DNA of 64,000 nucleotides. Origin: Candidatus Zambryskibacteria bacterium RIFOXYD1_FULL_40_13 (GTDB lineage: Bacteria; Patescibacteriota; Minisyncoccia; Phycocordibacterales; DATDWN01). Positions 1-10,976 of this stretch are shown one piece after another. The notes beneath the pieces were generated by a model. It was given only the letters and a program-made list of their open reading frames with translations, was not told the DNA's origin and made no database searches. The stretch spans positions 52,261 to 116,260 of the forward strand of contig MHWY01000008.1 in NCBI GenBank assembly GCA_001824295.1, read 5' to 3'. The stretch's first letter is position 1, and each line of letters opens with the position of its first letter. A program made the translations under genes and the position numbers.

Positions 1-881
1 TATCCTAGGAGTAATCATGAAAGCGATATCATCTTCTGTCACTGTGGTTTGGTTTATTTTGAGAAGGGAAAATAATTTCTGAAGACCCACCCTCGGACTT
101 TTCTGTAGCACCTTCATTCCGAAATATGAAAACACTCTGTTCTCACCCAGTAGAGGAACCATGTCTGACAGTGTTGCTAAACCAACCATGTCCAATAACC
201 ACTTTTCCCAACCAATTGGAAGACTGGATGAAATTTCCGGCTTCGAGTTTCTAATCTCTAAAATTAATGCTTGAATCACCTTAAATATTACCCCAGCACC
301 ACAAAGCATCTTCTCTGGATACTGACAATCTTTCTGTTTTGGGTTTATTATGGCGAAAGCTTTTGGTAATTTTTTTCCTGGAATATGGTGGTCGGTTATT
401 ATGGTCTCCATTCCATATTCGTTGGCAAACTTAATCTGTTCCACATCTGTGATGCCACAATCAATAGTGATGAGAAGTGTTACGCCTTCATTGTGCAAAC
501 TAGTAATAGCTTCATTGTTCAAACCGAAACCTTCCTCGTTGCGTAGTGGAATATAATTTACGAAGTTCGTATAATTTATTTTTTTAAAAAAATCGTGCAA
601 GACAACCGCACCAGGAATTCCATCCGCATCATAGTCACTATATATTCCGATTTTTTCGTTGTTCAAAACTGCCTTCAAAATTCTATCCACCACTTTTTTC
701 ATATCCTTCATAAGAAACGGATCATGAATTCCTGCTGTGTAATCTGGGAAGAGAAACCTTTGTGCGAGGCTTGTGTCACTTAGTCCCCTTGCATACAACA
801 AGCTCCTAACTAGAGGATGATACTCTTTTAGGCCTTCATGAGCGTTCTGAGGGATTGCGTCTCGGAGGGCATATTTTTTCA
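1..881 (-). CDS. recJ: Single-stranded-DNA-specific exonuclease RecJ, N-terminal part (gene runs off window start)
   Basis: Manual reverse-strand translation from ATG (complement of 879-881) gives MKKYALRDAIPQNAHEGLKEYHPLVRSLLYARGL...ITDHHIPG (DHH motif), typical of RecJ. Not in the ORF track because it reaches the window edge. Confidence 0.75.
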
Positions 882-1110
882 TTCCTCAAGTGTAACACAG
901 CTTAATTGGCGTGAATAACACTGAAATCTCGTTGAAGTAAAACCTTTTTCAGAGCATCCGCAACCCCCGAGCCGGTGTTGTCAATGACCCGAGTGAAACG
1001 AGGGCTCTTGACAACGAGGGGGTGAGGACCAGAACAAATTTTTCGCTGGAAAAATTTGTGTCTCTGAAAAGGTTTTGGTGAAAAAGAGATTTCGGTGTTA
1101 AAATATATGT

Positions 1111-1476
1111 ATGAAAGATTGTATATTTTGCAAAATAGTCAGTGGAGAAATTCCCTGCCATAAAGTTTATGAGAATGAAAAGTTTCTCGCCTTTCTTAGC
1201 ATTGAACCAGAATCCCCCGGACACACCCTGGTTATACCAAAGGAACATTATAGGTGGGTTTGGGACGTTCCAGAAGCTGGAGAATATTTTGAAGTCTCAA
1301 AAAAAATCGCCCTAGCTCAAAAAAAAGCTTTTGATACGGACTGGGTACTGTCAAAGGTGGTTGGAGAGGAAGTTCCTCATGCCCACATCTGGGTTTTTCC
1401 AAACGATAAAGTAATTGGCGACAAAAAAGATTTTGAGACCAATGCTGAAAAAATTAGAAAAGAATTATCTAAATAG
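1111..1476 (+). CDS. HIT-family (histidine triad) nucleotide hydrolase
   Basis: 121 aa; N-terminal CxxC-like CIFCKI and C-terminal HAHIWVFP histidine triad motif. Confidence 0.75.
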   Translation: MKDCIFCKIVSGEIPCHKVYENEKFLAFLSIEPESPGHTLVIPKEHYRWVWDVPEAGEYFEVSKKIALAQKKAFDTDWVLSKVVGEEVPHAHIWVFPNDKVIGDKKDFETNAEKIRKELSK

Positions 1477-2227
1477 AATCTACAAGCTTTATTATTTCAA
1501 TAAAATCTTTTGCATTCAAACTCTCTCTACCCACTAAGAGTCCAGAAACATTTCCTTCTTTTACGAGCTCGTCTGCATTAACCCTGTCGGCATCTCCTCC
1601 ATATAAAATCCTAGTACCATCTGCAGAAACTCCACACAAATCTTTCAAAACTTTTTTAATAAAAATTGTCATCTCGTGCAAATCTCTTGGTGAGATTGCT
1701 TCCCTTGCTCCCACTGCCCAGATAGGTTCATAGGCAATTATAATCTGTCCTAAAAGTTTTTTTGGAACATCTTTTAAGCTAGATAAAATTTGCTGTTTTA
1801 AAAACCCGTAAAAATCTCCATTGCTATCTCTCGTGCTCTCACCAATACATATTATTGCATTCATTCCACCACCAACAACTGACCTGACTTTTTTATTTAT
1901 TAGTTCATCGCTCTCTCCCATCTTTCTCCTCTCCGAATGTCCCAAAATAACATAATCCACCTTGAACTGAGAAAGCTCTGCAAAACTCACTTCTCCGGTA
2001 AACGAACCCACAGTCTCATGATTTGCATTCTGTGCACCAAGAAAAATATTCTCTCCAGTAAATCCAGATACAGCAGATAAATATATAAATGGCGGACAAA
2101 GTACAACCTCTGTTCTTTTTAAATTCCGGGTTGACCTCTTCACACTCAATACAAGTTTTTTCGCTTCTTCTAAGCTGGTCGGGTTCATTTTCCAATTTCC
2201 AACCACGAGTTTTTTTACCTTTTTCAT
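1469..2227 (-). CDS. tpiA: Triosephosphate isomerase
   Basis: 252 aa with VVGNWKMN, ILGHSERR, IICIGES, AYEPIWAVGAREA, YGGDA; these are TIM signatures. Confidence 0.9.
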   Translation of the reverse strand: MKKVKKLVVGNWKMNPTSLEEAKKLVLSVKRSTRNLKRTEVVLCPPFIYLSAVSGFTGENIFLGAQNANHETVGSFTGEVSFAELSQFKVDYVILGHSERRKMGESDELINKKVRSVVGGGMNAIICIGESTRDSNGDFYGFLKQQILSSLKDVPKKLLGQIIIAYEPIWAVGAREAISPRDLHEMTIFIKKVLKDLCGVSADGTRILYGGDADRVNADELVKEGNVSGLLVGRESLNAKDFIEIIKLVDSI

Positions 2228-2479
2228 GAATAGTATTGTACCACATTATGAATAACTGTTTTGAATCATAAAAAGTGCATTCATAAAACTTCCAAATTTG
2301 GATGAAATCCCCACGGATTTCAGATCCAAGATAATCAATTAAATTGCCGTGTATTATAAAACGCTCAAATTCAGATGCAATCCGCGAAGCAAGATTTTTT
2401 GGTGACCAAAACGTACAACAGTACGTTGCGTGGAACCAAAAAAGCGAGGCGACAAAGGAGTGCGTTGAATTTGAGTGTT

Positions 2480-3940
2480 TTATTTAACTTCCTCCCAAGA
2501 GACAATGGAGTACTGATCAGAGGTCAGTGGAAAACTTGGTGGTGGACCATACAAGAGATTCGCATCAAATATTATATTTCTAATATCATAGCCGGTGTTA
2601 TCGGTATAAGCAAAACCATATCGTAAATTTGTGCCAAGCATCCCATATAGTGTTATTGAGTTTCGAAGATATCCAGTTCCACAAGATGAAGAGTAGTGAT
2701 ATCTACCAACGCGACCGTTTTGAGCAATAAGGGCGGCGTCTATTCGTAAATCATTTGCACTACTTAACCCCACATTAATATCGTCCTGTGAAATAAGCGA
2801 AATCACATCTTGGCCATCATAATTCGTATACAAAAGATTGTTGTTTATAGTAATACTTGGTCGAGTACTTGGATTATCTGGAAATTTACCAGAAGCAAGC
2901 GTCACGCGAGCAGTGTTTATTTGGCCCTCAACCCAAACTTTATCTTCCACAAAAATAAGTCCATTTGTTGGAATAGCATAATTTGAAATAAATGTCTGAC
3001 TACTACCAGTCGTCTTTATGCTCCATGTTCCCCAGCCAGTCACATCTTCATCACAACTACCTGATGCAGATGTCAGAGTATTAACTCTATATAAATCAAA
3101 AGTATCATTAACTTTGAAAACAACACGATATCCCCTGGCGCCAGAACTTGATATATATCTACCTGCGGACTGAGCACCACTTTTTATCTGTGCCAAATCT
3201 GTTGTCAAACCAACAAAGTCTACTGCTGGTACAGGAAATGAACGCCCAACCTCAAACACATCTGGACGATTTGCTACGACGCTCGGTGGGGCTTCAGCTG
3301 ACCTGAATGAGTCGTTTACACCACTTCCTGGGGGTGGATTAACGTGGGTGTGCACACCAAACTCATTATTTCCAGTGTGGTCTGGATCATCATATTTATC
3401 CTTTGCACTTGTAATTAAGTTGTGGGCAAGACCATCAAAACGCAAACCGTTATTTGAGTGAATTGGCCCAAATACTTCTGTGCCTTCTCCAAAACGCATA
3501 TAGTCGTTTGCAACAATAGCGAATTTCGCAAAAGAAGGGATGGCCAACTGAACTAAAATGGAGCGAGACACTGCTGGGTCTGAAACCACCTTGCCTGTTG
3601 ATTTTATTTTTACAAGAGTAAAACCAGTTGCAGGTGGTGTAATATCAAGAGTAAATGTCCCTATTTTTACTCCATCTTTATCAAAAAAATCATGGGTATA
3701 CGGACCAGCTACACCTGTGCCATCCTTATAGTCCGTAGGAGCATGTGCCAAGTGCCATCTATAATAGTCTATCCCCGCTTCAGCTATCTGAAGTGCCTGT
3801 TCGCGATACAGGCCAACACGTGATGCCCTTATGTTTGTGCCCGCCCAACTAATAAGCGCCCCAATCATTACAATAGAAATAACACCAAAAAGAAAAGCCT
3901 GAATTAGAATTGAACCAGTTTGTAATGACTTGTTTTTCAT
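2480..3940 (-). CDS. Type IV pilus-associated protein, PilX-like (N-terminal TM anchor, large extracellular domain)
   Basis: 486 aa; N-terminal hydrophobic helix without a prepilin cleavage motif; sits immediately downstream of pilin genes in the same operon orientation. Confidence 0.4.
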   Translation of the reverse strand: MKNKSLQTGSILIQAFLFGVISIVMIGALISWAGTNIRASRVGLYREQALQIAEAGIDYYRWHLAHAPTDYKDGTGVAGPYTHDFFDKDGVKIGTFTLDITPPATGFTLVKIKSTGKVVSDPAVSRSILVQLAIPSFAKFAIVANDYMRFGEGTEVFGPIHSNNGLRFDGLAHNLITSAKDKYDDPDHTGNNEFGVHTHVNPPPGSGVNDSFRSAEAPPSVVANRPDVFEVGRSFPVPAVDFVGLTTDLAQIKSGAQSAGRYISSSGARGYRVVFKVNDTFDLYRVNTLTSASGSCDEDVTGWGTWSIKTTGSSQTFISNYAIPTNGLIFVEDKVWVEGQINTARVTLASGKFPDNPSTRPSITINNNLLYTNYDGQDVISLISQDDINVGLSSANDLRIDAALIAQNGRVGRYHYSSSCGTGYLRNSITLYGMLGTNLRYGFAYTDNTGYDIRNIIFDANLLYGPPPSFPLTSDQYSIVSWEEVK

Positions 3941-3941
3941 T

Positions 3942-4556
3942 CTATAAGTTATCTTTTAGATTACGCAGATTCACTTGAGATGTCACAACTATTTGGGCGG
4001 GAGAACGACCGGGATTTTTATCAATTATAGCAGTAACCTTAACAAGACGAACAGATTGAATGTTGACCGGATATGTGAGGGGGGCTGTAGATCCAGCATA
4101 GTCTGCAGGATAGTATTCAAAAAGTGGACGTGTTGAACTAGCAATAAAGTCGGAAATAACATTGGATATCTTCTCGTTCGCACTATTATATGTAAGTGGA
4201 TTTCCACTTGGAGCTATTATGCCCCTTTTAACATTTGTTCCACTAACATAATACCGAACCCTATCCCTCAAACCGTCATTGTTTACATCACTATAAAAAG
4301 TTATGCTTGTGGAACTAGCAGAAGCAATCGGATACGCACCAAGAGCAGATGGACCGGTTTCGCGCAACTCAGCAACCATTGTTTTCACCACGCGTCTAGC
4401 ACTCATTTGGGCACTTAGTCCGTTTTGTAAAGCAAAGTTCAAAGAAAAAACATCCCTTTGGAAGGTTGAGACTCCTAGGGTTAGGACACTCAGTATAAAA
4501 ATACTGATAAGCAGTTCTGAAATTGTGAATCCTTTTTTATAAAAATCCTTATTCAT
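3942..4556 (-). CDS. Type IV (pseudo)pilin, minor pilin-like
   Basis: 204 aa; N-terminal class III signal KGFTISELLISIFILSVL (G|FT(L/I)xE prepilin peptidase motif). Confidence 0.7.
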   Translation of the reverse strand: MNKDFYKKGFTISELLISIFILSVLTLGVSTFQRDVFSLNFALQNGLSAQMSARRVVKTMVAELRETGPSALGAYPIASASSTSITFYSDVNNDGLRDRVRYYVSGTNVKRGIIAPSGNPLTYNSANEKISNVISDFIASSTRPLFEYYPADYAGSTAPLTYPVNIQSVRLVKVTAIIDKNPGRSPAQIVVTSQVNLRNLKDNL

Positions 4557-4570
4557 TTGTTTTTTCTAAA

Positions 4571-6367
4571 TTAAATCGGGACAAAAACGATTTCCTTTGA
4601 AACCCAAGAAACACTTACTGGAACTGAAACATCCTGTGTAACATACCCACTTTTTTCCAAATGAAGAGAATATGTTCCCGAGGACAAACCACTAAAGGAA
4701 ATTTGCCCGGGCGGAGTACAGGAGGTAGTAAAGGTAAAGAATATATCAGAAATATTTGGTGTTGCTGTGGTTACCGCACTATCTAAATAAAGTTTATATC
4801 TAAGATATCTGTTGCCATTGTTACCAGAAAAAATATTTCTGTCAGCATTTGTGTAATATGTACTAGCTGTGCCGTCTGGACCAGTAAAATTCCACACACC
4901 CCCGTCGCTATTCGTAGCAATCTGAATCCTAACATTTGGATTTCCAGTGCTGACTGGCTGGTCGATTGGATTCCAGTTTATTTGTTGGAAGTTACTCGTT
5001 GCACCAGTATCAAAAGAGGACGATGTCAGATTTCCGCTCGGTACATAATCATCAAATATCTTTTTTAGTAAGACATCTCCGACGGGATTTTGGTTCTCAA
5101 TGTTTCCATCCGAAGAAAAGTACATGCTTAAGTCTGTTGATGTGGCCTGACCACTTCCTAAAGACCAGTCCGTTTGTCCGAGAAAACCACGCCCAGTTAT
5201 TCCGTTCGCACTAAAACCAGTTTTGGTTAATGTGACAGAGACATCTGACAAAGGTAACCCCGCCACACCATCTTTAACAATAACCAACAACGTATTGGGG
5301 TCTTTTGGTTCAACAATAATTTTTACATCCTGTGTACTACCAGGAGTTATGCTGGTTGGCAATAGTGGATTTGTTCCTACAACATTATGAGTAGCATCTA
5401 TTCCCGTAAATGTATAAGTGTCCCACTCCATATTGCTTAGCGTCAGTTCCCCTGCACCACTTGTCACTTTATTTTCGTCATATTTTAATACATCTGGATC
5501 GGTGCCTATTAGTTTGCTTCCTTGCAGTGAAAAATCAAATGACGAAACTGGGTCGCAGGTATTAGTTACAGAGCTGATATTAAAGATGCTCAGTCTGTCA
5601 ATTATGAAACTAAGCTGAGTTACTTGTTGTAGAACGATGGTTGCGTGTGGTTTTGTTGGGTTTGGATTTTCTGCTGTTATCTCTTTTGTTTCATCCGTAG
5701 AAAAGTTAGGCTTGGTAACTGTAATTTCGTAAGAATTAATTCCTGGTACTGCATCCACAATTTGCAACATTCCATTTAGGTTGGTTACATCGTCTATAAC
5801 TATTGGCGGATTAACATTATTATTCTCTATATGAACATTTGCATCTGAAACTGGGTTCCCGCTTGCATCAAAAACTCTTATAAAAAGTGCTCCGTTTGTA
5901 CTCGCCGTCTCAAGATTCTTTGGAGCAACTCTTGTAGTCACAACCATTGGGGTAAAGTTTTTGCAGTTTGAGCAATCAATTTCTATCTCAACAATTTTAA
6001 AATCTGCTGGAGACAAATCGTTTGGAGTTCCACCAATAGTCCCATCAAACGGATCGTCAATATTTCTGATTGTTGTTGTAACAGAATAGTGATAGGAATC
6101 CCGGTTAAGTATTTGAGAATGAATCAACTTACCCGTGGGAATACCAGAAACAAGGCCAACTTCTGAATACGGAAGGTTACGAGCAATCTCTAACTGTTCG
6201 TTTATTAAGGCTATTGCCTCTATTTTTGAACGACTAGCATAAACTACATTAAATACTCCCATGTAGGAATTATAAACAGCTACGATAATGACAAGAAAAA
6301 CAGCGATTCCGACAATAAGTTCAACCAAAGAAAAACCCTCTGTTTTATTTGTCTTTGTAATAATCAT
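4571..6367 (-). CDS. Large type IV pilin-like protein (prepilin N-terminus plus ~550 aa extracellular region)
   Basis: 598 aa; N-terminus EGFSLVELIVGIAVFLVIIVAVY (prepilin motif); the remainder is Thr/Asn/Ser-rich. Confidence 0.65.
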   Translation of the reverse strand: MIITKTNKTEGFSLVELIVGIAVFLVIIVAVYNSYMGVFNVVYASRSKIEAIALINEQLEIARNLPYSEVGLVSGIPTGKLIHSQILNRDSYHYSVTTTIRNIDDPFDGTIGGTPNDLSPADFKIVEIEIDCSNCKNFTPMVVTTRVAPKNLETASTNGALFIRVFDASGNPVSDANVHIENNNVNPPIVIDDVTNLNGMLQIVDAVPGINSYEITVTKPNFSTDETKEITAENPNPTKPHATIVLQQVTQLSFIIDRLSIFNISSVTNTCDPVSSFDFSLQGSKLIGTDPDVLKYDENKVTSGAGELTLSNMEWDTYTFTGIDATHNVVGTNPLLPTSITPGSTQDVKIIVEPKDPNTLLVIVKDGVAGLPLSDVSVTLTKTGFSANGITGRGFLGQTDWSLGSGQATSTDLSMYFSSDGNIENQNPVGDVLLKKIFDDYVPSGNLTSSSFDTGATSNFQQINWNPIDQPVSTGNPNVRIQIATNSDGGVWNFTGPDGTASTYYTNADRNIFSGNNGNRYLRYKLYLDSAVTTATPNISDIFFTFTTSCTPPGQISFSGLSSGTYSLHLEKSGYVTQDVSVPVSVSWVSKEIVFVPI

Positions 6368-6405
6368 TTTTAAAAGCGTAAGATTTCCTATTTTTGAAAT
6401 TTCTT

Positions 6406-7620
6406 CTATATAGCGTCAGCAAGTGAATATGTTGGTCCAAGCATTGATATGGCAAAGAATCCAACGGCCACACCAATAAATATCATTAGTACCGGCTCAA
6501 TAATTGAGGACATATCTTTTGTCTTCTGATCAACCTCATCTTCATAATAGACAGCAACCGATAGAAGCATCTCCCCTATCTTACCTGTCTCTTCACCCAC
6601 AGCCACCATTTCTCCAACAAATAGTGGATACAGTTTGTCATTTGAAGAAAAGACCACAGATATCTGCTCACCTTTCTGAATTATGTTCTGTATTTTTTCT
6701 AGCACCTCTTTGTAATATGAATTCTGTATCACATCCTTTGTAATACCAATAGCAACAACAATATCTACCCCAGATGAAATAAGTGAGGAAAGGGTTCGTG
6801 CAGTACGCGCTGAATTAATCTGTTTTACTATTTCATTGACTACTGGAATATGAAGTATCACCCAATCCAACATCCGTTTTCCTTTTTTTGTGCGCATAAA
6901 AATCGTTGACAAAAAACCAAAGGCCAACAAACCGACAGCAAGAAGCAAAAAGTATGATTTAAGAAAATCACTAATAGCAATAATAATTCTTGTGGCCAGC
7001 GGAAGTTTTATTCCTAATCCGATAAATGTTGCTGTAAGCGTAGGCACCATATATATCATCATCAGAACACCGATAATAATCATGAGAGAAAAGATTACCG
7101 CCGGATACATCAGGGCTCCTTTGATTTTTTTTGTTAACTGATATGACTTCTCCATCTGCATACTAACATTCTGTAGAGCCATAGACAGATTTCCTGATTC
7201 CTCCCCCGCCCTAGTCATTGATACAAACAAGACAGAGAAAACATCTGGATAATTCTTCATTGAATCACTAAATGTGGCACCCTCGGAAAGTGATTTGTTT
7301 AGCCCCATTAACACTTTTTTGAATTTACCCTTTGCCTGCCTTTCTAATATTGAAAGACCACGAGTAATCGGTAGCCCGGCGTCTATCATCTTTGAAAGAT
7401 TTCTGGCAAATATAATTTTGTCATGCGTTTTTACTCCACCAAGAAAAGAAAAAAGGCTAGATAGAGAAAGCGGGGTTTTGTTTTTTACTTCTTCGGCAAA
7501 AATAACAGTACCACCAGACTCCTTTATGGTGTGGTACAAAGCAAATTTATCTTTTGCATCTTGAGTACCCTCGGTCGTCTTACCCTCTTTATCAATTATT
7601 TTGTAGTGAAATAGTGTCAT
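6406..7620 (-). CDS. pilC: Type IV pilus assembly platform protein PilC (GspF family)
   Basis: 404 aa polytopic membrane protein with GspF-family architecture, directly downstream of pilB. Confidence 0.85.
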   Translation of the reverse strand: MTLFHYKIIDKEGKTTEGTQDAKDKFALYHTIKESGGTVIFAEEVKNKTPLSLSSLFSFLGGVKTHDKIIFARNLSKMIDAGLPITRGLSILERQAKGKFKKVLMGLNKSLSEGATFSDSMKNYPDVFSVLFVSMTRAGEESGNLSMALQNVSMQMEKSYQLTKKIKGALMYPAVIFSLMIIIGVLMMIYMVPTLTATFIGLGIKLPLATRIIIAISDFLKSYFLLLAVGLLAFGFLSTIFMRTKKGKRMLDWVILHIPVVNEIVKQINSARTARTLSSLISSGVDIVVAIGITKDVIQNSYYKEVLEKIQNIIQKGEQISVVFSSNDKLYPLFVGEMVAVGEETGKIGEMLLSVAVYYEDEVDQKTKDMSSIIEPVLMIFIGVAVGFFAISMLGPTYSLADAI

Positions 7621-7623
7621 GTT

Positions 7624-9375
7624 TTATTCTGATATTACTCTTAATACTTCCTCAATGGTGGTTATGCCTTGTACGGCCTTAAATATTCCATCTTCGTACA
7701 TTGTAAGCATTCCTTCCTTTTCTGCTTGAAGCTGGATGTCATCTGATGTCCCTGATTTCAAAATAATTTCTTTTATAGTTGGTGAAACCTTCAAAATCTC
7801 ATGAATTCCAACTCTCCCAGAAAAACCATCTTCAGATGAAACATCTTTCTTTATTCTCCAAAAAGGAACCTTATCCCAGGTGTCCGACTTTTCGACAACC
7901 TTTTCTTCCTTGAGTGTCTTAAGTACCTTGTCCAGATTGATAGACCTTCCAAGTGTATCTAGTTCTGCTTTTGATAGAAAATATTTTTCTTTCTGATCGG
8001 TCAGCTTTCTGACAAGCCTTTGTCCAATAATTATATTAATTGTTGATACAAGTAAAAATGGCTCAACTTTCATATCAATTAACCTTGGTATGGTTCCAGC
8101 AGCTGAATTGGTGTGAAGGGTGGACAGAACCACGTGTCCAGTAAGTGCCGCGTTGACAGCAAGAGAAGCGGTCTCGTTATCACGAATTTCACCAACCATA
8201 ATTATATCCGGATCTTGACGAACAAGAGTACGAAGTCCATTTGCAAAAGTAAATCCAATCTCTGGACGAACCTGTGTTTGATTAATCCTTTTCATCTGAT
8301 ACTCAATAGGATCTTCAATGGTTGAAATGTTAAGATCGGGAGTATTCAAAATATCTAAAATTGTATATAAGGTTGTTGTTTTTCCTGAACCAGTCGGACC
8401 AGTAGTCAAAATCATTCCTGTTGTTGATTTCACCGCCTTGTGTATTCTCTCCAGTCCCTCACCATGAAAAGAAAGGTACTCTAAAGTAAACCCCGAAACA
8501 TTTTCACGGAGGAGTCGCATCACAACCTTTTCACCATAATAGGTTGGCAAGGTGGAGACACGGAAAGATACCTTTTCGCCATCTGAGTCAATCTTAAATC
8601 TGCCGTCCTGAGGAAGACGTTTTTCGTCAAGCTTAAGACTTGATAATACTTTTATGCGGGCAACTACACTTGGAGCCATGTTTTTTGGTAATATCATGGC
8701 ATCGTGCAACAAACCATCAAGCCGATATCTGACCAATAATTCATGTTCCTGGGGCTCAATGTGAATATCAGAAGCATTTTGTAATATTGAATGCTTTAAT
8801 AGAGTATCTACAATACGAACGACTGGAACATCATCTGCTAATTTTCTAAGATTTTCTTCGCTTGTGTCAGACTCTGGATCATCAGCGATACTTTTTATTG
8901 AGTTAGCCTCTTTTTGAATTAAGTCTCCAAACTCCGCCTTGAGTGATTTCTGATATTGCAATATGGCGCTTTTCATTGAGTCCGTATCAGTAAGACGAGG
9001 AAGAATCTTTAGACCCACTTTCTTCTTTATAAAATCAATCGCTGTTAAGTCCTCTGTATCAAGCATGGCAACTTCAAGCGAAGTGTCGGTTTTTTTGAAG
9101 GCTACAATATTGTGATTACGAGCAATTGGTTCTGGAATAAGAGAAAGGACATCAAAAGGAAGTTTTTCTGTCTTGAGATTAACAAAAGGAATACCAAGGA
9201 TGTAGGCCTGCATACGACGAAGATCGTCTTCCGTCATCTTTCCTTTATTTACTAGTATTTTTCCAAGATTTCCACCGGTCTCTTTCTGTTCCTTCTCAGC
9301 AGTTTCAACATCTGCTCGTGAGACAAGCCCCGAGTCCAAGATAAATTCCTTTAATTGTGCTTCTTCAATATGCAT
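7624..9375 (-). CDS. pilB: Type IV pilus assembly ATPase PilB (GspE family)
   Basis: 583 aa; Walker A GPTGSGKTTTLYTIL; GspE-type ATPase core; N-terminal GspE_N-like region. Confidence 0.9.
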   Translation of the reverse strand: MHIEEAQLKEFILDSGLVSRADVETAEKEQKETGGNLGKILVNKGKMTEDDLRRMQAYILGIPFVNLKTEKLPFDVLSLIPEPIARNHNIVAFKKTDTSLEVAMLDTEDLTAIDFIKKKVGLKILPRLTDTDSMKSAILQYQKSLKAEFGDLIQKEANSIKSIADDPESDTSEENLRKLADDVPVVRIVDTLLKHSILQNASDIHIEPQEHELLVRYRLDGLLHDAMILPKNMAPSVVARIKVLSSLKLDEKRLPQDGRFKIDSDGEKVSFRVSTLPTYYGEKVVMRLLRENVSGFTLEYLSFHGEGLERIHKAVKSTTGMILTTGPTGSGKTTTLYTILDILNTPDLNISTIEDPIEYQMKRINQTQVRPEIGFTFANGLRTLVRQDPDIIMVGEIRDNETASLAVNAALTGHVVLSTLHTNSAAGTIPRLIDMKVEPFLLVSTINIIIGQRLVRKLTDQKEKYFLSKAELDTLGRSINLDKVLKTLKEEKVVEKSDTWDKVPFWRIKKDVSSEDGFSGRVGIHEILKVSPTIKEIILKSGTSDDIQLQAEKEGMLTMYEDGIFKAVQGITTIEEVLRVISE

Positions 9376-9383
9376 GAGAAAAA

Positions 9384-9418
9384 TTTCTAATTTCTAATTT
9401 CTAATTTCTAATTTCTAA
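9384..9418. repeat. Heptanucleotide tandem repeat (TTTCTAA)x5 in divergent pilB/nusA intergenic region
   Basis: Read directly: tttctaatttctaatttctaatttctaatttctaa, immediately upstream (antisense side) of the pilB start. Confidence 0.9.
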
Positions 9419-9765
9419 TCAATTTTCAATGATTAAATTATAAAATTAGAATTTTATTATCTGTATTATAACAAAAAATAAAACTTATTACATAAAGAAT
9501 GTGTATAAATATTGTTTGTTAAGAATAATATTCAAGTAAAAATTCTTCAAAATTACTTATTTGACAAGAATGCATGAACTGTGATAATATGGTGTTATTG
9601 AAGTTCGCCCACCCGGGCGGGCTAATTTTTTACAAGAAATTAACGAGCAAGGCGACTATAATTTACTAGTACCCCGTGAAATAACTTTGGCAAAGCCAAA
9701 GTTCCCGCAAAGCGGGATTTCACAGGGTGATGTTATTCTAATCGCTCCGCTCAAGAATAACTATC

Positions 9766-10920
9766 ATGTTAGATCTTAAAGTAATAAACTCAGTACTAGC
9801 TCAATTAGAGGAAGAGCGGGGTATCCCAAGAGAAAAAATATTGGAAGCTATCGAGCTCGCCTTGGCTACGGCCTACAAAAAAGAATATGGCAAAAAGGGC
9901 CAGATTGTTAGGGCTAAATTTGACATAAACACTGGAAAAACTGAAATGTTTCAGGTTAAAATTGCTGTGGATGAAAGCACTGTTCTCATGGAAGAACCAG
10001 AAGATGGTGAGATTCCAGAAGGAATGGACTTGTACAACCCAGAACACCATATGATGATAAGCGACGCTCGTCGTATAAAAAAAGATGTAGTACTTGGTGA
10101 AGAAATGATTTTTCCTCTTGAGGCACAGGATGACTACAGCCGTATCGCAGCCCAAACAGCAAAACAGGTAATTATGCAAAAAATTCGTGAGGCAGAAAAA
10201 GTCTCTGTTATGGCAGAATATGGTAAAAGAGAAGGAGAAATAGTAACTGGTACAGTACAGAGAATAGAAAGAGGAAATGTTTTTATAGATATGGGGCGAG
10301 CAACTGGCTTACTTCCATATGAGGAACAAATTCCTGGTGAGAGATTTGGCCAAGGAGAGAGAATCAGAGCCTATCTATATAGAGTAGAAGAGTCCGGAAA
10401 AGGTGTTTTCCTTAGACTTTCCCGCTCACATCCCAAATTACTTGAAAAATTATTTGAAGCTGAAGCTCCAGAAATTGCCAGTGGCGCTGTGGTTGTAAAA
10501 TCCATTGCCAGGGAGGCAGGAAGTAGAACAAAGATTGCCGTGAGTTCAACCGATTCACACATAGACCCAGTTGGTTCAATGGTTGGACAGAGAGGTGTTC
10601 GTGTTTCTACAGTTATGTCAGAGCTAGGTGGAGAAAAAATAGACATAATAGAGTGGTCAGAAGATCCAAAAAAGTTTATTGAGGACGCTCTTTCCCCAGC
10701 AAAAACACTATCCGTGGCACTTAACGAGGAGGAAAAACAAGCAACTGTTGTGGTTTCCGAGGAACAGCAATCTCTTGCAATCGGAAAAGGTGGTCAAAAT
10801 GTTCGACTTGCCGCAAAACTGACAGGTTGGAAAATTGACATACAGTCGGCAACAATCAAAGCAGATGCGCCGAAGGAAGAGGTGGTAGAAGATGACGAAC
10901 CAGAAGAGAGCATTGTCTAA
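9766..10920 (+). CDS. nusA: Transcription termination/antitermination factor NusA
   Basis: 384 aa; NusA N-terminal domain, S1 and tandem KH regions (GQRGVRV, GKGGQNVRLA). Confidence 0.9.
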   Translation: MLDLKVINSVLAQLEEERGIPREKILEAIELALATAYKKEYGKKGQIVRAKFDINTGKTEMFQVKIAVDESTVLMEEPEDGEIPEGMDLYNPEHHMMISDARRIKKDVVLGEEMIFPLEAQDDYSRIAAQTAKQVIMQKIREAEKVSVMAEYGKREGEIVTGTVQRIERGNVFIDMGRATGLLPYEEQIPGERFGQGERIRAYLYRVEESGKGVFLRLSRSHPKLLEKLFEAEAPEIASGAVVVKSIAREAGSRTKIAVSSTDSHIDPVGSMVGQRGVRVSTVMSELGGEKIDIIEWSEDPKKFIEDALSPAKTLSVALNEEEKQATVVVSEEQQSLAIGKGGQNVRLAAKLTGWKIDIQSATIKADAPKEEVVEDDEPEESIV

Positions 10921-10976
10921 CAAACAAAAATTGTCTATAGTTATTTTTAACAATAATTATTAATTAACTTAAAAAT

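Noticed and set aside
350-783. ORF-track + strand ORFs 350-556 and 595-783
   Set aside because: They lie antisense within the clearly recognisable recJ reading frame (DHH motifs on the minus strand), so they are spurious.
9384-9418. CRISPR array
   Set aside because: A 7-nt perfect tandem repeat without spacers; no cas genes in the window.
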